A stretch of DNA of 64,000 bases, from assembly GCA_963771075.1 (NCBI GenBank), contig CAVYSE010000028.1, positions 352,001-416,000 on the forward strand, in the 5' to 3' direction. The notes under the pieces were generated by a model. The model was not told where the DNA came from and did not search any database. It was given only the letters and a program-made list of their open reading frames with translations. Shown in pieces: positions 52,998 to 61,885 of the stretch (its first letter is position 1; every line of letters starts with the position of its first letter). Both the position numbers and the translations under genes were made by a program. Source of the DNA: a candidate division FCPU426 bacterium. GTDB lineage: Bacteria; Oederibacteriota; Muellerivitia; Muellerivitales; Muellerivitaceae.

Positions 52998-53182
52998 TTA
53001 ACGTTTGAACTCCGTCCTCACCCCCCCTTTCACGCCCTTCAAGTCGAATTTCTCCGGTTCGAACTCGCGGTCGAGCCAATCCGGCATTTGCCGGTGCTCG
53101 GGATGCTTGAGGTCAGCCACAACTGCCAAAAGGTCCTCATAGCCTGGCGGACCGCCGCCGGCCTGACTGTCAATCCTCAGGT
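52998..53182 (-). pseudogene. C-terminal remnant of a pRiA4b ORF-3 family gene
   Basis: Manual translation PED*...GGPPGYEDLLAVVADLKHPEHRQMPDWLDREFEPEKFDL. Confidence 0.7.
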
Positions 53183-53260
53183 ATTTTCAATGACCCTCCC
53201 CGGGGCAAGCCCCGGGGAGGGTCATTTTCATTTTCTGCACCATGACAATTTCTCCAAATA

Positions 53261-55012
53261 TCAACCCCATTTCTCCTTCTCAAGCAGGGCCATGAAATTA
53301 CGCTTGGCTTTGTGCTTAAGGCGCATGACGGCCATGTATTGTTTGAAGTCAGCCTCACGGCCCAGCCGGATCATGAGATCCCGGATCTTGCGGAGCAAGC
53401 CCACGGCTTCCCCATAGGCCTCGTTGTTCTTCCGGTCCAGTGTGGGCTCCACCCGTTTCTGGTAAATAGGCAGGGAGTCCGCGGGATGTTCCTTCTCCCT
53501 CTTGGCCGCCAACTCCATCCAAAGGCCTTCCGCGCAGCCGCCTTCCTGGGCCTCCCGCCACGCGGCTTCCAGGTTCCTTTCCCACAGGAACACGCGCACC
53601 AACTCGGAACGGCCGACGCCGTACAGGCCCCGGGAATGGAGCCGTGCGTCAGCCGCTTCCTTGGCGCCTTTTTTCCTGAGTAGCGCGATGGCCTTTTCCC
53701 GCCAGGAGGGCCACTGGGCCGCGCGGTCGGCGCTTTTTTTCAGCTTCTTGTATTCGTCCAAGCCGGGCGATCCGGCAAAACCGTCCCAAACTACTTTTAT
53801 GGCTTCGTCATGCCGCTTGCGCCGGTGGTATTCCTCGGCCAGGAACTCCCTTAAATCAGGATGGGTGTCCCCCGGGAAGGCCTTGAGCCCTTGTTCGGCC
53901 CAATCCAGCGCCGAATCGTGTTTTCCCGCCTCCTTGTAGGTCCGCGCGATCCCAAGGAAGCCGTAGGCGCTTGATAGTTCCCGCTTCTTGACCTCAACCA
54001 AAGCCTCCACGTCCCCGGATTGCCGGGCCAGGGTTTCCATGATGCGCGTGATCCGGAAGCGCTTCCCGTATCTTTCCTCGTCCTTGCCGCCGGGTCCCAG
54101 GGCCGGCACATCCACCCACTCGACCTCGGCCAGTTTCCTGTACGAGGCGAGTCCCTCTTTCCCGAGGACATCCGCGTAGCTTTCCGCCGCGCCGAGGAAG
54201 GTTTCCCATTCCGAGTTGAGTTCCCAATCGAAAAGCCGCCGGGCCAGGTTCCCGGGGTCAGGCTTGGCTTTGCGGCAGGCCTGGAGGTGGATCTCCTGGA
54301 GATCCTCCAGGAGGCCGCCCATGAGCCCGTCCGAGTCGTCCACCGAACCCAGGGCCCCCTCGACGGCGGCCAGGGCGTACTCGCAAATCTCGACGGCCTC
54401 GTCGGCGTGGCCTTCCTTGAGGAGTTCCTCCACCGATTCCACCGCTTCCCCGATCCGCGAGGCGTAATCGGGCAGGGCGCGGTAGTCCACGAAATCCCCG
54501 GCGCTGACCGCGTCGTCGATGGCCCGCCGGTAGGTGGAAAGGGCGATGCCCTTGGAACCCTTTTTCGCCGCGGCCAGGAGAAGCCGCTGCCGGAGGCGGT
54601 CATCGTTCATGGCCTGGTCCATGAGCAGCTTGACGAGGGCATCCTTGCCTTGGGCCCCCAAGTGGGAACGGACGTCCTCCATGGTCACGGAGGGTTTTCC
54701 CACCTTTCCACCGCCCTTGGAGTTCCCGGCCTTTTGATGGAGCCAAGCCAGGCCCACGGCCACGCAATGCTTGCAGAAGTCGCCCTCAATACCCATTGGA
54801 CAGGAGCAGTCATAGTCGAGTCCCCCGCCCTTATCCCGCAGCTTCACGCGGTAGGCCCCTTGGTCGCCGTGGACCTTGGCGGTGATGGTTCCCTCGTAAC
54901 CCTCCAAGGACCGCACCCGTCCATTGTTGAAATAGTCCTCCCCCCGGGCGAACGAACGCTCCCCCGCCATGCGGCGCAGCGCCGAAGGGTTGAATGAAGC
55001 CTCCTGGGCCAT
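53261..55012 (-). CDS. SWIM zinc-finger protein with helical C-terminus
   Basis: SFARGEDYF, CSCP...FCKHCVAVGL, DDSDG, HKAKRNFM. Confidence 0.92.
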   Translation of the reverse strand: MAQEASFNPSALRRMAGERSFARGEDYFNNGRVRSLEGYEGTITAKVHGDQGAYRVKLRDKGGGLDYDCSCPMGIEGDFCKHCVAVGLAWLHQKAGNSKGGGKVGKPSVTMEDVRSHLGAQGKDALVKLLMDQAMNDDRLRQRLLLAAAKKGSKGIALSTYRRAIDDAVSAGDFVDYRALPDYASRIGEAVESVEELLKEGHADEAVEICEYALAAVEGALGSVDDSDGLMGGLLEDLQEIHLQACRKAKPDPGNLARRLFDWELNSEWETFLGAAESYADVLGKEGLASYRKLAEVEWVDVPALGPGGKDEERYGKRFRITRIMETLARQSGDVEALVEVKKRELSSAYGFLGIARTYKEAGKHDSALDWAEQGLKAFPGDTHPDLREFLAEEYHRRKRHDEAIKVVWDGFAGSPGLDEYKKLKKSADRAAQWPSWREKAIALLRKKGAKEAADARLHSRGLYGVGRSELVRVFLWERNLEAAWREAQEGGCAEGLWMELAAKREKEHPADSLPIYQKRVEPTLDRKNNEAYGEAVGLLRKIRDLMIRLGREADFKQYMAVMRLKHKAKRNFMALLEKEKWG

Positions 55013-55053
55013 AGGACTTATTTTCCTTCCCGTCCCTACTTGGCGTAGGCCGC

Positions 55054-55341
55054 CTAAAATTTCACGTCCGGATATCTTTTAACGATCATTTCCAACAAAC
55101 CAGGGAACTTCCGCTCACAGTCCCTTTTGCCTTGCCCGCCATCGGAAAGGAAAAAAGAAAAATCATAACCCTGTGCGCGGGTGGTCAATCGAGTCCTGCG
55201 GACTTGAAAATCGATGTATGCCGATCCGTCGTATTGAAGGAAATAATCCACCTGTGACCCATTATTTAATACCAAAGAACCGTATCTTTCCTTAATTTCA
55301 CCCATGAAATTCCATCCCTGGGATTTAATTTCCAAGACCAT
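55054..55341 (-). CDS. Hypothetical protein (lower GC)
   Basis: 95-aa ORF co-oriented between the ATPase and SWIM genes. Confidence 0.55.
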   Translation of the reverse strand: MVLEIKSQGWNFMGEIKERYGSLVLNNGSQVDYFLQYDGSAYIDFQVRRTRLTTRAQGYDFSFFLSDGGQGKRDCERKFPGLLEMIVKRYPDVKF

Positions 55342-55386
55342 TGTTTTTAACTTTTTTACTAATTCATCTATCCTTTTCCAAACTTC

Positions 55387-56880
55387 CTACCCCTCCCTTC
55401 CCCAGCCCTCCAGGAAACGGTTGAGGAACTCGGACAGGGACTTCTCGCGCTCCACGTATTGGGACAGCACCCAGGCCACGGTGACGGCGATATGGTAGCT
55501 CTCCGACCGGGACTGGGCGGCCCGACGGTAGGCGGGGTGGGCCTGGTTCACGCAGACGGTGGTGCCCGAGAGCCAGCCCATCTCGGGGCGGTCCGGCCTC
55601 AAGTCGAAGGTGATCCTCAAGCCCGCCGGTTTTTTCTGGCTTTCTTCCCCCTCCTCGCCCGGCTCCACCGCGTCCACAGGTTTTTCCGGTTCCGCCGCGG
55701 CCGACGGCTTTTCCGCGACGTCCTTTTCCACGGGTTCGGCAGGGGGCGTTCCCGGTCGCGCCTCTTTCCCCTCCCCGCCGCCGGGGATAGCCCTGCGCCT
55801 CGTGTCCAAGAGGGGCCGCAACTCAGGAAAATCCCCCACCAGGCCCGCCACCACCTGCTCGATTTCCTTCTGCGAGGGATAGGCTTTCTTGGGGGAGGAT
55901 TCCAGCGCCGCCTCCCATTCCCCCAGATCTCCTAGGGCCGGTTCCACCATCTTCAGGATGGCTTTCCGGTACCGGTAATACTGCTTGAGGCTGGTGGAGT
56001 CCTTGAGGAAATCCGCCTTGTGGGTCGTCAGGAGAGCGGCCCAGCCCGGGATCTCGATCATACCGGTGATCCGGTCCGGGTTGCCGGGGCGGATACCCAG
56101 CCATTCCCACCCGCGCTTGATGACCTTTCCGTAGGTGGCGGCCCCCAGGCCGCGCTTTTCCTCGGGCAGGGGGGCGGGGGAAACCCCCACCCACCCGAAA
56201 CCCGCCAGGGTGCGCCGGGCACCCAGGTGGATGGGGAAAAACCGGCTGCGTTCGGGCGGGAACTGCGCCGCTTCACCCTCCAAACGCCGACCGGAAACGA
56301 TGAAGGAAAAGGGACGCCGGTAGAGCCTACCGTAAATGGCTTCCACGAAACGAGGATGCAACAGGGGCTCAAAATGCCTGCGCAAGACCTCCTCCAGCCA
56401 GGGGGCTTCCAGGAGTTTCGAATGGGCGGAGGCCAGGTGGAACGAGATGGCGGTTCCGTTTGTGCCTTCCGGCACCAGCCCCTGGGGCCCGACATATCGC
56501 CAGGGAGCCCGCAGGGGGGATTCCAGGTGCCAGCGGGTCGCGTGGTGGGATTTCCCGCAGCGGCTCTCGGTGGTCACGGCCTCGCAGATCAAAAGCGAAA
56601 GCTTGGCGCCGATGCCGGCGAACCCGATGCCCTTGCCCCGGACCTTGGTGGAGGAAGCGATGTCGTGGTAGCCCTTGAGGCTGCCGCGGGCCATGCCCTT
56701 GCCGTCGTCTCGCACCACGAGGGTTTTCTCGGCGGGATGGGGCTCGAACCACGCGGTGGACGCCCCCGAATCCAGGGCATTGGCCACCAGTTCGGTGATG
56801 ATGGTTTCCTCCTCGGGGAAGGGATAGCCGTCCCGGATATCCTCCAGGAGGTGCCTCAGGTTGATGCGAGTCTGGCCCAC
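55387..56880 (-). CDS. GHKL (HATPase_c/MORC-like) ATPase
   Basis: ELVANALD, VRDDGKGM, GFAGIGAK, GT; C-terminal VNQAHPAY. Confidence 0.88.
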   Translation of the reverse strand: MGQTRINLRHLLEDIRDGYPFPEEETIITELVANALDSGASTAWFEPHPAEKTLVVRDDGKGMARGSLKGYHDIASSTKVRGKGIGFAGIGAKLSLLICEAVTTESRCGKSHHATRWHLESPLRAPWRYVGPQGLVPEGTNGTAISFHLASAHSKLLEAPWLEEVLRRHFEPLLHPRFVEAIYGRLYRRPFSFIVSGRRLEGEAAQFPPERSRFFPIHLGARRTLAGFGWVGVSPAPLPEEKRGLGAATYGKVIKRGWEWLGIRPGNPDRITGMIEIPGWAALLTTHKADFLKDSTSLKQYYRYRKAILKMVEPALGDLGEWEAALESSPKKAYPSQKEIEQVVAGLVGDFPELRPLLDTRRRAIPGGGEGKEARPGTPPAEPVEKDVAEKPSAAAEPEKPVDAVEPGEEGEESQKKPAGLRITFDLRPDRPEMGWLSGTTVCVNQAHPAYRRAAQSRSESYHIAVTVAWVLSQYVEREKSLSEFLNRFLEGWGREG

Positions 56881-56930
56881 GAAAACCTCCGGCTTGCGAC
56901 TATTAAATATTTCTCCCCTGGACGGTCATC

Positions 56931-59900
56931 TTATCCCCACTTCACAGGGCATTTCACGATTTCACCCGATTGCTTGTGCTTGAAAAGGACATGGCCGTTT
57001 TCCCTTCCGAATTTCCAGAGGTCGTGGGTGAGTTTTACGTCCTGGCGGCAATAGTCGATCACTTGGTCGAACTTCCCCTCCCGCCACCACTTCACCGCCA
57101 AGAGGCCGTCCGCGCTTTTTTCCGCCCCTCCCAGAGTATGCTCCGCCAGGTGGGCCAGGGAAAGACGGTGGTTCAGCGTTTTTTGCAGGTCCGCCATTAA
57201 ATCCAGCGAGGGGAGGCTCTGAAGGTTGAAGGATGCGTAACCCTGAAGCACCCCGTAGTCGAACCGAAGCGTGTTGAAACCAATCACTAAACTGGCGGCT
57301 TTAAGGTGCCGCAATAAATCTTGCACCGTGCTCTCCACGTAGGTGAAATATTTATCCAGCTGGATGTCATAAACCACCGCGCAGGAAAGTTTCATGCCCG
57401 GCAGGTTGCCCCACCCCCCCTGAATTTCCCCCGCCAAGTATTGGGTTTCGATGTCGAATACAACCGTGCCCGTCTTTTCCGGCGGATTTTCTTTGTACGT
57501 TCCGGGTTGGGGGCCCTGGGAAGGCGAGAGGGGGTTCGCGATGGGAGCTTTTTTCACGAACAGGTTTTCCGTTTTCGGAAACAGATCCGGGCTTGGTCCG
57601 GGGGCAGGCGACTGGGTTCGAGCCTTATAGTCTTCCCGCCCGAGAATAAAACCCAGGATACGAAGGGCTCCTTCCTTATCCAGCGGATGGTTCCCGCTCC
57701 CGCACTTGGGGGATTGCACGCAGGAGGGACAGCCCTCCTCACATCCGCAATCCCGGATCATCTCAAAGGTGGTCGAGAGCAGTTCTTCCATTGTCCCGTA
57801 GGCCTTTTGTGTCAACCCGACCCCGCCGGGATAACCATCGTAAATGAAGATGACCGGCTGAGGCACTTGTGGATGGGCCGGGGTGGAGATTCCTCCCAGG
57901 TCCCATCGGTCGCAAACCACATGCAGGGGCATCATGGCGATGGTTCCGTGTTCGGCGGCGTGGAGCCCGCCCATGAAATGGATCTTCCGGTCCGTGACCT
58001 GTCGTTGAAGAGTCTCGGGAAGCGCCATCCAAAGGGCTTTCGTCTCAAAGGTTTGCGTGGGAAGAGTGAGGGGATAGGTGGAAACCAGGCCCTGGTCCAG
58101 GAGGCGATGAACCTCATAATTGATGAACCGCTGGGTGATCTTGACCCGGCCGAAGCGAATGGAACATTGGGATTTGGCCGGGCCCAGGTGTCTTCGGTTT
58201 TCCTCCTGCAGGATCTCCGTTTCCTCCTCATAATTGACCTGGGTGTAATAATCCACAGGCTCATCCAGGACCAGTATCTTGCGCTGTTCCCATTGCAGGT
58301 CCTTGACCACGTATTGGATGCCCTGGTGCAAATACACCGCGCCCGGGTGGCAGTCCCGAAAAGCGCGCGAGCCATCGATGGTTCCGATCACTTCCCCCGT
58401 GTCCTGCCGGATGATGGAATAACCCTCCCCCATTTCCCGAATACTGACCGAACGCTGGGGATTTTTATCCGTTACCAGGAATTTATCCCCGGCCGCGGTC
58501 TCCAGCACCAAACCTTCTTGGACCATGGGTTTTAACCATTGGCCCAAAGCCGGGCCGTAGATAGGCCCGTCCCCCTCCAAGGTAATGGGGATCTCGGATG
58601 ACGCGCAACGCAGGTGGTTTTTCGCGATAACTTCATTTTCAAAACCCACCATCAGGGACTCGGGCCTCATAGAAAAAAACCGCGAAGGGTGCTTCATCCA
58701 ATATTGGTCCATGGCGTCCGCCATCCCGACGAGAAAGACCGCCGAAGGAGCCTGCCCCCGGCCAACCCGGCCCGAACGCTGCCATGTGGAGATCATGGTT
58801 CCGGGATAACCCACCAGGACGCAGGCGTCGAGACCGCCCACGTCGATGCCCACCTCCAAAGCGGAGGTGGAGATGACCGCGCTCAATTCATCCTTAAAAA
58901 GCAGGGATTCGATCTCCCGCCTTTCCTCCGGCAAATATCCCGCCCGGTAACTTCGAATCCGGGAGGCCCATTCCGGCCTCGACTGGTGGACCCACAGGCT
59001 GATGAGTTCGGTGATCTTTCGCGCCTTTGTAAAAACGATGGTTTTAAGGCCCTGGTCCAGGCACTCGATGAGAAGTGTCACCGCCGCGGTGTAAGGCGAT
59101 CCCGACTCGGGGTTCCACAGGACAAAAGTTTTTTTATTTTGGGGCGCCCCAGATTCGGAAATAATCTCAAAATCCTGGCCGGTCAACCCCTTGAGGAATT
59201 CCTCCGGGTTTCCCAGCGTAGCCGAACATGTCACAAAGTGGGGATCGGTGCCATAATGGCGACAGACCCGCCTTAATCGGCGAACAACATGCGCGACATG
59301 GGCGCCAAAGATTCCCCGGTAACTGTGGGCCTCATCGATCACCACGATTTTCAAGTTCTTGAAAAATTCGGCCCATCCGTCGTGAAACGCCAAGATGCCC
59401 AAGTGGAGCATATCCGGATTGGAAAGCAATATATTCGGCGGGTTCTTTCTAATTTTGGCTCGAACCCCGGATGGGGTATCCCCGTCGTAGATCTCGGCGC
59501 TGAATTCCGGTAACCCGTTCGTTTTAAATCGGCCTTTCCATTCCTGGAGGTTTTTAAGCTGATCCTGCGCCAAGGCTTTCACGGGATAAAGGTAAAGGGC
59601 CCGGTATTTGGGGCTTTCCAAAATTCCATTAAATACTGGCAGGTTGAAACACATGGTTTTACCCGAGGCGGTGGGGGTGGTCACAGCCGTGTGTTTCCCC
59701 GCGAGGATGGCGTCCAAGGCTTGCGCTTGATGGGTCCATGGGGCCTCAAACCCCGAATTTTTAAGGACCCCCATCAAAGAATCGGAAAGCCCCTTGGGCC
59801 ACGCCGAATACCGGGCTTGGGTTGCCTGAATGACCTCTACATGCTTGATATTGTCTTTTAAGTCTTCCCGTGATTGGAGATGGGATAAAACCCTGGAGAA

Positions 59901-59936
59901 TGGGGAATTAATATTTTTAGCCTCAATGAATCCCAT
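56931..59936 (-). CDS. DUF1998 DEAH helicase (MrfA/SftH/Hrq1-like) fused to a C-terminal RNase H-like/DnaQ exonuclease
   Basis: TPTASGKT, DEAH, SAT, QRSGRVGR, CGCEEGCPSC; then FDIETQ, GFNTLRFD, YCRQDV. Confidence 0.93.
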   Translation of the reverse strand: MGFIEAKNINSPFSRVLSHLQSREDLKDNIKHVEVIQATQARYSAWPKGLSDSLMGVLKNSGFEAPWTHQAQALDAILAGKHTAVTTPTASGKTMCFNLPVFNGILESPKYRALYLYPVKALAQDQLKNLQEWKGRFKTNGLPEFSAEIYDGDTPSGVRAKIRKNPPNILLSNPDMLHLGILAFHDGWAEFFKNLKIVVIDEAHSYRGIFGAHVAHVVRRLRRVCRHYGTDPHFVTCSATLGNPEEFLKGLTGQDFEIISESGAPQNKKTFVLWNPESGSPYTAAVTLLIECLDQGLKTIVFTKARKITELISLWVHQSRPEWASRIRSYRAGYLPEERREIESLLFKDELSAVISTSALEVGIDVGGLDACVLVGYPGTMISTWQRSGRVGRGQAPSAVFLVGMADAMDQYWMKHPSRFFSMRPESLMVGFENEVIAKNHLRCASSEIPITLEGDGPIYGPALGQWLKPMVQEGLVLETAAGDKFLVTDKNPQRSVSIREMGEGYSIIRQDTGEVIGTIDGSRAFRDCHPGAVYLHQGIQYVVKDLQWEQRKILVLDEPVDYYTQVNYEEETEILQEENRRHLGPAKSQCSIRFGRVKITQRFINYEVHRLLDQGLVSTYPLTLPTQTFETKALWMALPETLQRQVTDRKIHFMGGLHAAEHGTIAMMPLHVVCDRWDLGGISTPAHPQVPQPVIFIYDGYPGGVGLTQKAYGTMEELLSTTFEMIRDCGCEEGCPSCVQSPKCGSGNHPLDKEGALRILGFILGREDYKARTQSPAPGPSPDLFPKTENLFVKKAPIANPLSPSQGPQPGTYKENPPEKTGTVVFDIETQYLAGEIQGGWGNLPGMKLSCAVVYDIQLDKYFTYVESTVQDLLRHLKAASLVIGFNTLRFDYGVLQGYASFNLQSLPSLDLMADLQKTLNHRLSLAHLAEHTLGGAEKSADGLLAVKWWREGKFDQVIDYCRQDVKLTHDLWKFGRENGHVLFKHKQSGEIVKCPVKWG

Positions 59937-60156
59937 GGGGGGATTCTAAGGTGAATTTTTTAAAAAACCCACTTTTACAGCAAATTTACGCAGTTCTACT
60001 TTCCCTAAAATGGGTGGAGTTTAAAATAATTCTGGTTCCATTCTATTTCGCCTTAAATTTGACAATATTTTAATATTTTAATTTAGAACCATTTGAATAA
60101 TCGACCAATTCAGATTGGCATTCAGGTTGCATCTGTTGATTGCGGGAGACGAAGCC

Positions 60157-60336
60157 ATGGAAGAGATTCGGTGTGAGGACGTTCGAAAGAAACTTGATGA
60201 TTTCCGCCAAGCCCATTTGACCCCGCCAGAGAAGGGACGAATGGAAAGACATCTTTTTTATTGTCCGGATTGCATCAATCAACTGGCCGCACAAGCCTCG
60301 AACAAGGATAAGCGGGAAGTCTCTATTCTTTCCTGA
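60157..60336 (+). CDS. Small zf-HC2 (anti-sigma-like zinc finger) protein
   Basis: IRCEDVRKKL...MERHLFYCPDC. Confidence 0.7.
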   Translation: MEEIRCEDVRKKLDDFRQAHLTPPEKGRMERHLFYCPDCINQLAAQASNKDKREVSILS

Positions 60337-60413
60337 TCAAAAGCGATAAATTCCGGCCCTCCACTTATACGCCTTCAATTACGGTTATAACCTTTGATTT
60401 CTATAAGGCGGCT

Positions 60414-61535
60414 TTAAACCCGCATCGGCATGATCACACAAAGATAATCCCCATCCCCCTTGGGACGGATGATACCAGGACTTAAAGGTTGGGTAAGTTC
60501 CAAACTAATTTCCTTAGTACCGACATTCTTCAAAACATCCAAGACGTATTTTGAGTTGTAAGCAATACTGATTTCCTCGCCCTTGTAGGCTATGTCGATT
60601 TCTTCTTTGGCTTCCCCCATATCGGGGGTTTTTGAGGAAATGGTGAGTTTGTTTCCCTTGGCTTGGTAACGAATGGAATTGGATTTTTCGGAAGTCAAGA
60701 TAGCGACGCGGCGGGTGGCCGCCGCCAATTCTTCGGTCGAAGCCTCGATCTTTTTATCGGATTCTTTGGGAATCACCTGTTCGTAATTCGGAAATTGCCC
60801 TTCGATTAGACGGGAGACAATCTCCACGCCTTCCACAACAAATTTGATTTGATTGTCAGTGGCCATTATTTCTACAAGAGTTTCTTTTTCCTCTTCTCCT
60901 TTATCTGACTCGGAAATGACTTTCGAGAGTTCATTTAATGTTTTAGTGGGAATAATGACGCTGCATTTATCTTCATTCTTGCCGTCCATCTTTTTTTGAA
61001 TAAAGGCAAGCCGGTGGCCATCGGTGGCGACCATTCTCAGTTTTCCATTCTCCGCTTGGAAAAAGACACCATTTAAGACATATCGAGTTTCATCGTTTGA
61101 AACGGCAAAAAGGGTTTTCCGGATCATTTCCTGTAAAAGGCTTCCTTTTACCTTAAACGACTTGTCTTTTTTCACCTCTGGAAGAATTGGAAAATCATCT
61201 TTTGGCAAGCCATGAATTTTGAAATTGGATTTTTGGCAGACCAATATGACCTTATGATTATCGTCGATTTCAATATCGATCGATGCGTCGGGTAATTCCC
61301 TCACGATATCCGCTAATTTTTTAGCGTTTAAGGTAATGCTACCTTTTTCAACCACTTCGGCTGGAACACTGCATCGCACACCCATATCCAAATCGGTGGC
61401 TACAAACTCCAATTTTTTATCCCTGGCTTCCAAAAGCACATTCGCCAGAATGGGCATGGTATTTTTAGCGGCAACCGCGCTTTGAACCGTTGAAATTCCC
61501 TTTTGAAAATCAGACCGAGTAAGAACTACTTTCAT
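60414..61535 (-). CDS. dnaN: DNA polymerase III beta clamp
   Basis: PILANVLL, ATDLD, RYVLNG, VATDGHRL, RLIEGQFPNY, VIMPMRV. Confidence 0.98.
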   Translation of the reverse strand: MKVVLTRSDFQKGISTVQSAVAAKNTMPILANVLLEARDKKLEFVATDLDMGVRCSVPAEVVEKGSITLNAKKLADIVRELPDASIDIEIDDNHKVILVCQKSNFKIHGLPKDDFPILPEVKKDKSFKVKGSLLQEMIRKTLFAVSNDETRYVLNGVFFQAENGKLRMVATDGHRLAFIQKKMDGKNEDKCSVIIPTKTLNELSKVISESDKGEEEKETLVEIMATDNQIKFVVEGVEIVSRLIEGQFPNYEQVIPKESDKKIEASTEELAAATRRVAILTSEKSNSIRYQAKGNKLTISSKTPDMGEAKEEIDIAYKGEEISIAYNSKYVLDVLKNVGTKEISLELTQPLSPGIIRPKGDGDYLCVIMPMRV

Positions 61536-61574
61536 GAGAAACTCCTATGGCCATGGATTAAGAAGACTTTAACT

Positions 61575-61870
61575 GAAAGACTTTTAAATTTAAAAGGAAT
61601 TAGAAGTAGTAGTAGGCTTTGCGGATATGTGTAAAAAACCCTAATTGTTTAACTTTTTATTGGAATATTGGGCTTTTTTAGCTGTGTATAGATTGAGGGT
61701 ATTATATGGGAAATTCACAACCCCGCAATCCATTTGCCCCCTATCCCCAATCATCCGGAATGTTTCCCCAGAATGTCCACTTGTTTTTGTGTATCGGAAA
61801 AAAATTATATTCGGGATGGATGTTACGAATGAAATTGTGGAAAAGTTGCGGATGAGTCGTGGATAAGGCA
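61575..61870. other. oriC unwinding region in the dnaA-dnaN spacer
   Basis: AT-rich cttttaaatttaaaag, DnaA-trios tag aag tag tag tag (61601-61615), overlapping box variants tgcggatat/tgtgtaaaa (61620-61636), further boxes tgtgtatag, tgtggaaaa, cgtggataa. Confidence 0.88.
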
Positions 61871-61885
61871 AAATATAAAAAGGAA

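Noticed and set aside
49778..58535. Long antisense ORFs (e.g. 49778-50905, 54020-54997, 57321-58535)
   Set aside because: Shadow ORFs of GC-rich genes with no recognisable motifs
56931..59936. DISARM or Druantia system based on DUF1998
   Set aside because: The architecture is MrfA/Hrq1-like and the partner genes of those systems are not seen
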